64,000 bases of DNA from a bacterium. GTDB lineage: Bacteria > Patescibacteriota > Minisyncoccia > Phycocordibacterales > Phycocordibacteraceae. Both the position numbers and the translations under genes were made by a program. The notes beneath the pieces are model-generated. The model saw only the letters and a list, made by a program, of their open reading frames with translations. It had not been told where the DNA came from and ran no database searches. This document shows, piece after piece, positions 21,609 to 31,000 of this stretch. Where the stretch lies: assembly GCA_037200965.1 (NCBI GenBank), contig JBBCGK010000001.1, forward strand, positions 736,001 through 800,000. The letters are read 5' to 3'. Position 1 is the first letter of the stretch. The number at the start of each line of letters is the position of its first letter.

Positions 21609-21830
21609 CTTTGCATGTCGTCACTAAGCCAGGGGACATGACATCAAGGGGAGCCCCTCTCTCGTTTTTCGAGCATCCTGTGCGTTGGCACAGAACAGAG
21701 CATCAAGACAGGGCATTCCTGAAAAGGGTATCTGTGGCGTATACTGTGGCTACTTAATGCGGGTGCGTTAAGGGCCGGGTTGCGACGGCGTGGAAGCCGT
21801 TATTCACGTTAGCAACTTACCTTCTGCACT

Positions 21831-22289
21831 ATGAACGATTCCATGGGGATGATGGTCGGCGGCGCCATGATGCTGCCCTCCAAGAATATCGTCGAGAATG
21901 CGATGATGGCGAACAACGTCACGACGCTCGTCGCCGCCGTCAAAGCGGCGGGGCTCGCCGAGACGCTTTCCGGTGCCGGGCCCTTTACCGTCTTTGCTCC
22001 CACAAACGATGCGTTCGCGAAACTGCCCGCGGGTACCGTCGAAACGCTGCTCATGCCGGAAAACAAGGAACGGCTGGTTGGCATTCTAACGTACCATGTC
22101 GTGCCGGGCTCCTGGATGGCGGGCTCCCTTGCCGAAGGGGAACAGAAAGTCAAAACGGTGAACGGCAAGGAGCTCACGATCACCAAAAAGGGCGGGACAG
22201 TGTGGGTAAACGAAGCGATGGTAGAGATGGCGGACATCGTTTCTTCAAACGGCGTTACCCACCTTATCGACACGGTTCTGATGCCGTAA
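21831..22289 (+). CDS. fasciclin (FAS1) domain protein
   Basis: FAS1 motifs …TVFAPTNDAF…LTYHVVPG…THLIDTVLMP. Confidence 0.8.
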   Translation: MNDSMGMMVGGAMMLPSKNIVENAMMANNVTTLVAAVKAAGLAETLSGAGPFTVFAPTNDAFAKLPAGTVETLLMPENKERLVGILTYHVVPGSWMAGSLAEGEQKVKTVNGKELTITKKGGTVWVNEAMVEMADIVSSNGVTHLIDTVLMP

Positions 22290-22314
22290 CTTTCCGGCTC
22301 GTCCTCCGGATACC

Positions 22315-22342
22315 GCGAAACCGCCGTCAGGCGGTTTCGTCG
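22315..22342. terminator. bidirectional hairpin terminator between convergent genes
   Basis: Stem GAAACCGCC-guca-GGCGGUUUC. Confidence 0.5.
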
Positions 22343-22433
22343 CGTTACGAAAGAGCCGCTATCGCTTTCACTGCAATCCCGTACGGATATGCCCCGTACC
22401 AGGCATCTGTCTGATAGATGGTCATACGCATAT

Positions 22434-24401
22434 TTACTTTCGATCAGGGAACCGTATCCGCATTCTCGTGCCTTCGCCGAGCTCGCTTTCGACGGCGATC
22501 GATCCGCCCTGCTGTTCGATGATGCGCTTCGCGAACGCGAGACCGAGGCCGGTGCCTCGCGCGTCATAGGGTGTGTTCTTGCCGCGGTAAAAGCGCTCGA
22601 AAACGCGTTCCCGGTCCTCCGGCAGGATGCCGATGCCCGTATCGGATATGGAGAGCTCGGTTCCGCCGTCTGCCCGCGCGAGCGCGATCCGTATTTCTTT
22701 ACGGCCTTCGGCGCGCATGTACTTGACCGCGTTGCTCGCGATGTTCATGACCGCCTCGCGCAGCCGTTTTGCGTTTCCGCGGACGACGATGCCGGGCTCG
22801 ATGGCGCTCGTGACCTCTATGCCGCGCGGCGCGGCGATGATAACGAGTTCCTCCGCGATCTCCGCGCACAACTGCGTAAGCGGGACGTCTTCCGTCCCCT
22901 CGCTTGCGGCCTGGTCGAGGTTCGCGAGCGACAGGAGGTCGTAGATGAAGTTCGAGAGCGCCGAGAGCGACTGCTCGAAGCCCGCAACCTCGCCGTCGTT
23001 CACGAGAATGCGCTTCAGCCGTTCGATCTTGGTCTGGAAAATGGCGAGCGGGGTCTGGAGATTATGGGAAATATCGTTAAGCATCTGCCGCTGGCTTTCC
23101 TGCGCCCGGCGCAGTTCCTCGGTACGCTCCGCGACTTTTTGCTCGAGCTCTTCGGCATGCCGCTTGACCTGCTCGTACAGGCGGGCGCGCGAAAGCGCGG
23201 TCGCGGCCTGGTACGCGAACGTGGCGAGCAGTTTGGCGTCCTCGCTCGTGTACGCGTCTCCCGATCGTTTCTCGCCGATGCGTATGGCGCCGACGGTCGC
23301 GCCTTCGAACGCTATCGGCACGTACATCGTTCTTCCGCTCGGGTCTTCTTCATCCGCGTCCGAATCGGGAACGGAGATGCGGACGGACGATGCGCGGAAG
23401 ATGGTAATAAGCGCGGCCTCGGCCCTGGCGGTGAGTTCGCCGAAGTCGACGCTCGTGTAGAGCACCTCGCTCAGGTTCCGGAGCGCCTCGGCATAGTCGT
23501 AGGTGTCCTTGAAGAAAATCCTGTCGGTCATCCTGCGGAAGCAGCGCTCAATGAGGGGAGCGCTGAAGATGCCGACCGCGGCCGTGACGGTGCCGCCAAG
23601 GAATGCGGCGGTACCCGACTGCGCCCCGAGCGAGCCGAATGCGGTGATGGCCACGAGATAGAACCCGGTGATAAGACCGAGAAGCGCGCTGTAGATAAGA
23701 CCGCGCTGGATGACGACGCGGATATCCATGAGCTGATGCCGGACGATGGCGTAGGCCGTAAGGGCGACGAACGCGATCGAGGAGGCCGGTCCAAGCAGGT
23801 TGAGCTGGTACATGCCGAGATACGGGAAAATGAGATCGAACACGATGAAGCTTCCGGCAAAAATGAATATGCCGACCGCGAGGTAGAGGATCTGCATCCG
23901 CTGCTTCCCGCGCGCAACGGAGAGATTCCGGCTCAAAAACCACAGCGTCGCGGACACGTGTCCGATATTGGCGAGCGCGTAGACGGGAAAGAGGGGCCCG
24001 AGAATCGCGTGGATGATACCGTTTTCGTCGACGACGATGCCGAGTATGTAGAGGCCGAACGGCAGAAGGAGCGCCGTACACGCAAGCGGAAGGAAGAACC
24101 AGGCGAATCGGAATGATACGGGTTCCCGGGAAGCGAAGGTCCGCGCGAAGAGCGTCATGCCAAAGAGCATCACGATCCCGCCGCCAAGCGCCATCTTGTC
24201 GAACGCGAAGTTGTGCGTGACATAGAGAAGCGAAATACCGGACATCCAGAGCGCCGTGCCAAGCACGAACGCGAAGAAGGACATGTTCACGACGTTTTTC
24301 GGGTTCTTGGAGAGCACGAGCGCGCCGATAGAGAGATTGACCGCGGCGATGGCGAACAGGATCGCCTGTTCAAGACCGAGCGTAATCACGGGCAGATGCA
24401 T
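22434..24401 (-). CDS. sensor histidine kinase with N-terminal multi-TM sensor region
   Basis: HisKA block (…LSHNLQTPLA…) and a C-terminal HATPase_c (ISDTGIGI…GTGLGLA). The start is chosen at MHLPVITL; a longer ORF runs to 24467. Confidence 0.8.
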   Translation of the reverse strand: MHLPVITLGLEQAILFAIAAVNLSIGALVLSKNPKNVVNMSFFAFVLGTALWMSGISLLYVTHNFAFDKMALGGGIVMLFGMTLFARTFASREPVSFRFAWFFLPLACTALLLPFGLYILGIVVDENGIIHAILGPLFPVYALANIGHVSATLWFLSRNLSVARGKQRMQILYLAVGIFIFAGSFIVFDLIFPYLGMYQLNLLGPASSIAFVALTAYAIVRHQLMDIRVVIQRGLIYSALLGLITGFYLVAITAFGSLGAQSGTAAFLGGTVTAAVGIFSAPLIERCFRRMTDRIFFKDTYDYAEALRNLSEVLYTSVDFGELTARAEAALITIFRASSVRISVPDSDADEEDPSGRTMYVPIAFEGATVGAIRIGEKRSGDAYTSEDAKLLATFAYQAATALSRARLYEQVKRHAEELEQKVAERTEELRRAQESQRQMLNDISHNLQTPLAIFQTKIERLKRILVNDGEVAGFEQSLSALSNFIYDLLSLANLDQAASEGTEDVPLTQLCAEIAEELVIIAAPRGIEVTSAIEPGIVVRGNAKRLREAVMNIASNAVKYMRAEGRKEIRIALARADGGTELSISDTGIGILPEDRERVFERFYRGKNTPYDARGTGLGLAFAKRIIEQQGGSIAVESELGEGTRMRIRFPDRK

Positions 24402-24479
24402 ATGGTTCTTATATATTCGCACGCTTTGAGGCAAAAAAATGCGCCCCGGGAATCTCCGTGGGCGCAAGTACGCATGTGG

Positions 24480-25034
24480 TTATTCCCCGAACGCCTGCCG
24501 GAGTTCCATGAGATAGAGCGTCGGCACGGGAGGCTCGGTGAAGTAGAGCATCCCCGCTTCGCCGACCATGGCAAGCACTTCGTCCGCGCGGAGCCGGGCA
24601 TTCCCGATTTCCCGGCAGACGATGCCAAGTTCGCCAAGACGCTTGACGCTGTACGGCTTCGCTTCGATGAGCATGTGCCGCTTGCCAAGCTCGTACGCGA
24701 CGCGCATGGCCGTACGGACCAGGAGATTCGATACTCCCGGCGCCGTCGCGATCCATCTCGTCCCCTGCACGATGTACGGACGGTCGAAGGGATACGGCGC
24801 GTCCTTCGGATCGAATGCGTAACGGCCTTCGATAGGGAAGGGAGAAGCGTCGGCCATTCCTTCAAGCACGATACTTCCGACGATCGCGCCCTTGGCGCGG
24901 GCAATGAAGATAAGCCCGCGCGTCGGGGGAGGCTCGCATTTAAAGCGCTCGCGCATCACCGGCTCGATATAGCCGATCGCTTCGAGGCGCTCCGTTTCGG
25001 AAAGGGCGAGGGAGACTTCAGCGCCGGACTGCAC
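24480..25034 (-). CDS. hypothetical protein (downstream of E1-like gene, overlapping stop/start)
   Basis: 184 aa with coding-like composition. The overlapping + ORF is R-rich antisense. No family recognised. Confidence 0.45.
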   Translation of the reverse strand: MQSGAEVSLALSETERLEAIGYIEPVMRERFKCEPPPTRGLIFIARAKGAIVGSIVLEGMADASPFPIEGRYAFDPKDAPYPFDRPYIVQGTRWIATAPGVSNLLVRTAMRVAYELGKRHMLIEAKPYSVKRLGELGIVCREIGNARLRADEVLAMVGEAGMLYFTEPPVPTLYLMELRQAFGE

Positions 25035-26016
25035 GGGGCACCCACCCTTCCGAGACGACCTTCGCCTGCATGGTTGCGGCGTCGAACTGCATATATCCGG
25101 CCATCGGAGGTACGTGCGCGATGTTGCGCCTGACGCCCGAATTCCGGAGCAAATGCAGGAGGACGCGGTTCGCGAGAAAACCCGCCGCCATTATCGGATT
25201 CGTAGCGATGATCGGCGCTTTCCCTTCCTCGAAGATCCGGCGGTAGAAGGCCGCGGCGTTCGCTTCCGCTGTCTCCGGGCTGTATTCCGGAAGATCCGGA
25301 ACCACCGCTCCGAGAATCGCTTCCGCGATCATGCGCCCCGCCTCCGTATCGCCCGCGCCAGCGCTCGCGCGCAGCCGCTTCGCTTCTTCGTAGCCGAATC
25401 CGACCGCTTCTTCCATCGTCATGCTCTGCGGCGTGTAGAGGAAGAGGTTAGTGCAGAATCCGACCGTGTTGCAGTTGAAGAGCGGTACACCCTCCGCCCT
25501 TCCCCGCTCATGGAGCAGGATGCGCGCGTCAAGCGTGAGGAGCTCGATCTCGTCGAGCACCACGTCGCAGCCCGCAAGGAAGTGATCGACGGTCGTCTCG
25601 TCGATTCCCTGCGGATAGACGACGACCGTCGTGTCGTCGGTGACTTCGCGCGCATCGCGCGCGGTCGTGAGCGCCTTCGACATGCCGACCGTCCGGCGCT
25701 TCGCGCCGAACTGCCGGTTGATATTCGAGACATCGAACGTCTCGCAATCGGCCGTACGCACTTCGCCGACGCCCGCCCGCAGGAAGGCTGGCAGAAGCAG
25801 CCCTCCCATCCCCCCGCAGCCGGCGATGCCGACGACGGCGTCCTGGAGCATGGCCTGCTCGTTTCTCGTGATCCAACCCCAGTTCCGGTCGGTGCGGTTG
25901 CGGTAGTACTCTTCGTCTGCGTCTTTCGGAAGCAGCCGAAGCACGCTTGCTTGCGGCAGATCTTCCGGGATGTCCATCCCCTCGATAACCGTAAGCGAAT
26001 TGTGTTGCCCAGACAT
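25018..26016 (-). CDS. E1-like / ThiF-MoeB family adenylyltransferase with ~65-aa N-terminal extension
   Basis: Rossmann motif GIAGCGGMGG at aa ~60-70 and ThiF-family core. GGAG RBS 7 nt upstream of ATG 26016. Confidence 0.7.
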   Translation of the reverse strand: MSGQHNSLTVIEGMDIPEDLPQASVLRLLPKDADEEYYRNRTDRNWGWITRNEQAMLQDAVVGIAGCGGMGGLLLPAFLRAGVGEVRTADCETFDVSNINRQFGAKRRTVGMSKALTTARDAREVTDDTTVVVYPQGIDETTVDHFLAGCDVVLDEIELLTLDARILLHERGRAEGVPLFNCNTVGFCTNLFLYTPQSMTMEEAVGFGYEEAKRLRASAGAGDTEAGRMIAEAILGAVVPDLPEYSPETAEANAAAFYRRIFEEGKAPIIATNPIMAAGFLANRVLLHLLRNSGVRRNIAHVPPMAGYMQFDAATMQAKVVSEGWVPRAVRR

Positions 26017-26152
26017 CAGATAGCTCCTTAGGTTTGCGATACGGCCCTGACAGAACAAGACCGCTCCCGATCATAGGAAGCGCGCGCTTCACGCCCGTTC
26101 AAGCGCCGCTCACGTTCCGCTTCGCTTGAAGTGAACGGTGGATGATTCGTGC

Positions 26153-26182
26153 ATAAAAATGCGTCCCGCCGAAGCGGGACGC
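26153..26182 (-). terminator. rho-independent terminator (minus strand) after methyltransferase gene
   Basis: Stem GCGUCCCGC-uucg-GCGGGACGC followed by AUUUUUA on the minus strand. Confidence 0.65.
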
Positions 26183-26200
26183 AAAGAAGGGCGTATGCGG

Positions 26201-26896
26201 TCATTTCGTTCCGGTAACGATAAGCGCATACGGCTGGACGCTTGCCATCCGCAGAATCGCGACTTCGTCCTCGTCGCGTGCGGTTTCGAGCAGGCTGGTG
26301 AGCGCGCTTCGCGGCGCGGTTACGGGAAGAGCGCGTGCGTTTAAGAAGCCGCATGCGCCGAAGAGTTTTTCAAGACTCTCTTTCGGACGCGGGTAAAGCC
26401 GAAACGCTTCCCCGAGCGTCGAGAACGTTAGCCCGCCCGGCACTTCGTTCAAAGCGAAGAAGCATGCGGCAAGGACCGTACCTCCGGGGCGTAGCACGCG
26501 CCACTGCTCCGCAACCGCGGCTCCTTGTTCCTCGTACGGCAGGTAGTTGAGCGAATGGAAAGAAACCGCCGCATCGAAGGACTGGTCGGCATAGGGAAGC
26601 GCGAGCATCGAACCTTCCATAAGCGGGAGCCCGCGCGCCGTTCCGCGCGCGATGAAGCTTGGCGAGAGGTCGATGCCGCGGCAGATGGCCCCCGTTTTTT
26701 CGAGCGCCTCGACGAGACCGCCCGAACCGCAGCCGACATCGAGCAACGTTTTTCCGGCAAGCGAACCGAGCCGTTCCGTAAGCATGGCCGCGATATCCGG
26801 ATACGCGATCCTGTCCTTGAACGCCGCGGTCTGCCGGTCGTAGCGTTCTCCCGCGCGCTCGTAGGCATCAAGCGCGTCTTGTTCATATGCACGCAT
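26201..26896 (-). CDS. class I SAM-dependent methyltransferase
   Basis: Motif I LLDVGCGSGGL and post I/II motifs (…LRPGGTVL…). Confidence 0.8.
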   Translation of the reverse strand: MRAYEQDALDAYERAGERYDRQTAAFKDRIAYPDIAAMLTERLGSLAGKTLLDVGCGSGGLVEALEKTGAICRGIDLSPSFIARGTARGLPLMEGSMLALPYADQSFDAAVSFHSLNYLPYEEQGAAVAEQWRVLRPGGTVLAACFFALNEVPGGLTFSTLGEAFRLYPRPKESLEKLFGACGFLNARALPVTAPRSALTSLLETARDEDEVAILRMASVQPYALIVTGTK

Positions 26897-27007
26897 CGCA
26901 CATCACTCCTCAGGTTTGGATGGTGAACAATCTGCTCCAAGCCTATGCAGTGCGGCATGAAGAAAACGTGCGCTTCGAATGAGGCGTGCGTAAAGTTCCG
27001 TTCAATA

Positions 27008-27679
27008 TCAGCGCGCTTCGATCTTGTAGCCTCTGCCGGGCACGGTGCGGATGAGCCGGTCCTTTCCGGTGTCGCCGATTTTCTTCCGGAGGCTCAGGAT
27101 GTGCGATTCGATGGTGTTCGAGAAGATGTCGATATTCATGTCCCAGACATGCTCGAGGATCATGCCGCGGGAGAGCACGATGCCTTCGTTTTTCATGAGG
27201 TATTCGAGCAGCATAAACTCCTTGCGCGTGAGGGTGATCGATTTCTTCCCGCGCGTCACCGTGCAGCCCTTGGTGTCGAGCGTCAGGTCTTCCACCCTGA
27301 GGACTTCCTTTTCGATGGCCGCCGGACGCCGCAGAAGCGCGCGGATACGGGCTAGAAGTTCCTCGAGCGCGAAAGGCTTTGCGAGATAATCGTCCGCCCC
27401 GGCATTCAGAAGGGCGATTTTCCGGGTCGTGTCGGTTTTGACCGAGACCACGAGTATCGGCATGGTCTTGCCGCTCGCGCGTATCTCGGTGCATACCTGG
27501 AGCCCTTCCTTCTTCGGCAGCATGTTGTCGAGCACGACGAGATCGTAGTCGTTTATCCGGCCGAGATACGAACCTTTCTCGCCGTCTTCGGCGATGTCGA
27601 CCGCGAAATACTCGGACTCGAGCGAGTCCTTGAGAAAGCGGGCTATTTTCGGTTCATCTTCGACAACGAGTATTCTCAT
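27008..27679 (-). CDS. OmpR/PhoB-family response regulator
   Basis: Receiver domain (ILVVEDEP…) plus a winged-helix C-terminal domain (…RTVPGRGYKI). Confidence 0.85.
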   Translation of the reverse strand: MRILVVEDEPKIARFLKDSLESEYFAVDIAEDGEKGSYLGRINDYDLVVLDNMLPKKEGLQVCTEIRASGKTMPILVVSVKTDTTRKIALLNAGADDYLAKPFALEELLARIRALLRRPAAIEKEVLRVEDLTLDTKGCTVTRGKKSITLTRKEFMLLEYLMKNEGIVLSRGMILEHVWDMNIDIFSNTIESHILSLRKKIGDTGKDRLIRTVPGRGYKIEAR

Positions 27680-28025
27680 GCCAGGAGGTAGTTAGGTCCC
27701 GTCTTCCTCTTTATCTCGCCATCATCAGACATTGGATAGTATTTTATCACGGCGACGGTACGCTTCATATCGCCCGCTGCGTTTACGCCTCGTTTATGCG
27801 CTGATACCGGGCTCGCTCGCGCAACACCTGCCTCGAAAGAGGACGGATAGAAGCGAGCCCGATATCACCGCGCAAGCGACGCATACTCGTACCATATAGT
27901 CCGCGTTCTCCTATGGCAACTCTTAATGGTGTGGACTCGCGTATTCGCGCTCGCCGTCCTGCTATACTGAAAACCGTTCTGGTGTTGCGTACCAGCTCTA
28001 TTCCGGAGAACGGCATCCGTCGTTC

Positions 28026-31000
28026 ATGCTCTTCCTCCTTGTACGCACACTCATAAGACCGCATACGTCCCTTCGCGCCTTTCCTTCCTTGGCAGGGAAG
28101 GGCTTCCTGTTCTTGTTCGTGCTTTGGTCCTGTTCGATAAGCGCGCTGCCTGCATACGCGGCATGGGACGGACAGCCCTATGCGCCGGGCGCAACGCTTG
28201 ACCCGGAGTGCGGGCCGAGCGACTCTAATTGCAAGACGCTTGCGAGCGCGGACGCGACGACGCTTGAAGGCAGGTCCGGAAGCTATTACCTTGCCAACTC
28301 CTTCTCGACGACCTCGGCCGCGTATTTCCTTTCTGACAATCCGGGGCTCTCGTTCGCGACCACCAGTTCTGACTATTGGCTCGCGCATCGGTCCACGTCC
28401 GACCTTCCGGAAGGCTCGCGCCTCTACTACACCGATGCCCGCGCGGACGCGCGCATTCTTGCGACAACTACTCTTGCGAATATCATCTCGCTTCCGGGCT
28501 TGTCTTTGTCCGCGTCGCAGCTTACTGGCTTCGGTATTCCTTTCTACAATTTCTTTCACGCGACGACGACCGATGCGCTCGCGGAAGGTTCCCTGCATCG
28601 CTACTACAGCGACGTGCTCGCCCGCGGAGCGCTTGGCGTATCTGCCGGGGCTCTCGCGTATGACAGCGGCACGGGAATCCTTTCGGTTGCGGGCGGATAT
28701 ACGATTCCTTTATCAGCGTCCACGACGGAGTGGGGCGAGGCATATGACAACCGCATCACGTCGGCCTCGGCGCCTCTCACGATCGCGAACCGCGAGATAA
28801 GCCTCGGCATTGTTGATGCGGGGCACGGCGGCACCGGCCTCGCCTCGTACAATCCGGGCGCACTTCTGTATGCCGATGCCGACGGAAACCTCACGACGCT
28901 TTCGCCCGGTTCTTCCGGTACCGTGCTTAAGATCGCGGGCGGCGTCCCGACCTGGGGCACGGATCTTTCAAGCGGCGGCGGGGGAGGAGCCGTAGCCTGG
29001 GCGACGACATCCGACAGCCTCGCGATCTATCCGATGGACAGCACGAACGTCGTCATCGTGGGCGCAAGCGCGACATCGTCGGCGACGAGCGTCTTTGAAG
29101 TGCACGGGAGGTCGTATTTCACGACCAATGTCGGCATCGGCACGACTTCTCCGCTCTCGGCGCTTTCCGTCGCGGGGAGCGGCTTCTTCACCGGCAACCT
29201 GACTTCGGCCAATATCACCGCCACCGGAACGCTTTCAGTCTCGGGTGCTGGCACGTCGACGTTTGCCGGGCCGTTCTTAGCAGGGAATCTTGCGGTCGCC
29301 GGACTTCCCGCGGGCCTTATAAAGGCCGGGGCGGGCGGGTATCTCCGGGGCGCCGTCGCGGGAACGGATTATTTCGATCCTGCCGCGTTCGGTTCAACTT
29401 TCTATTCTTTTTTTCACGCGACGACGACCGATGCGCTTGCCGAAGGTTCGGTGCATAAGTATTGGAGCGATACGCTCTTCGACAACCGCCTCTCCGCGAC
29501 CACGTCGCTTCCGGGCCTCTCTTCCATCGGTTCGTATACCGGGCTCATCGGCGCGAACAACGGTTCCATGTACCAAATCGCCACTTCGACCAACTTCGTG
29601 ACATCGATCGCGGCCGCATACCCGCTCTCCGTTTCCGGACCAGCCGGGGCGGTGACAATCTCGACCGCGCTCGCTACCACCACATTCCAGCACTCATACG
29701 GTTCCGCGCAGATCGGACAAATCATCCTTGCCACTTCAAGCGCGGCAACGAGTAACGGCATCACGGTGGGGCAGACCATCACGAACTCCGGCGGCGTCTT
29801 CACGTTCGCTCCGGCGGTATCCGTATCGAACATCCCCAATGCCGCCCTGCAGAATTCCGCCGTCACCGTCAACGGCACCCTGATCCCGCTTGGCGGCTCG
29901 GGTACTGTCGCCGCCGCTTCTTCCACGCTCCTTGGAGATAACAATACTTTCTCGGGCGGCAATACGTTTTTGAGCACCATCACCGGCTCCGTTTCTGGCA
30001 ATGCCGGCACCGTTACGAACGGCGTATACACGACTACTTTCGGCGGCCTTTTCGACAACCGCCTCTCCGCGACCACGTCGCTTCCGGGCCTTACGGCGGT
30101 TTCGTCCGGCCTCACGGGCGTCCTTAAGGCGGCGGCGGGCTCTCTCTCGGCGGCGGCACCGGGGATCGATTTCGAAAATCCGCTTTCGTTCCTCTATCCG
30201 CTCGCGCGCACCGCAAACAGCGTAAGCCTTGCCTTCGGGACGACAACTTCAAACACTTGGGGAGGAACCCAGACTTTCACCAACAACCCGATACTCGGCA
30301 CTCTCACCGGTCTCTTCTACGGAAACAACGGATCGCTTGCGGCGACGGCGACATCCTCCGTCACCAGCGGCACCGGCATCGGCTTTTCAGGCACGCCGGG
30401 AGCGCTTGTCGGCGGTACTCCGCTTACGATTACGAATACCGGCGTGACGTCGAATATTGCCGGGACCGGCATCAGCGTCTCGGGCGCGACCGGCGCCGTT
30501 ACGATAAGCGCGGCGAACGTGCCGAACAGCGCGCTTGAGAACTCGACGATCGGGCTTGCTTCGGGCGACTCCTCCCTTACGGTTTCCGGCTCGCCCGCCT
30601 CTCTTGGAGGCTCGCTTTCCGCCTCCCTTAACACCGCGCATCCGAATACGTTCACCGCGCTTCAGCAATTCAGCGCAAATGCGTCGACGACGGGAATCTC
30701 TTCTTCGTATGCGTCCTCGACCAAAGCCTTCCTTGGAAGCCTGTCGATAGGGAATCTGACCGGCATCCTGCGCGCGGCCGGGGGTGCCGTATCGGCCTCG
30801 CTCGTGTCCCTCGCTTCCGACGTGACCGGAGTGCTCGGCGTTATAAACGGCGGGACGGGATGGGATTCGATACAGTCCGGCAGCATCCCGTACGGAAACG
30901 GCGCCGGGGCGCTCGCCACCACGAGCCCGGGAACCAACGGGCAGACGCTCGCGCTTGTCGCCGGAGTTCCGGCCTGGATCGCGACGACAACCGCGGGCAC

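Noticed and set aside
24213-25133. 306-aa + strand ORF
   Set aside because: It is Arg-rich with low complexity, and it is antisense to two better-supported minus-strand genes.
25529-26092. 187-aa minus ORF and short ORFs upstream of the E1-like gene, examined as possible MccA-like precursor peptides
   Set aside because: They are R-rich, in a different frame from the E1 gene, and none ends in Asn. No credible precursor was found.
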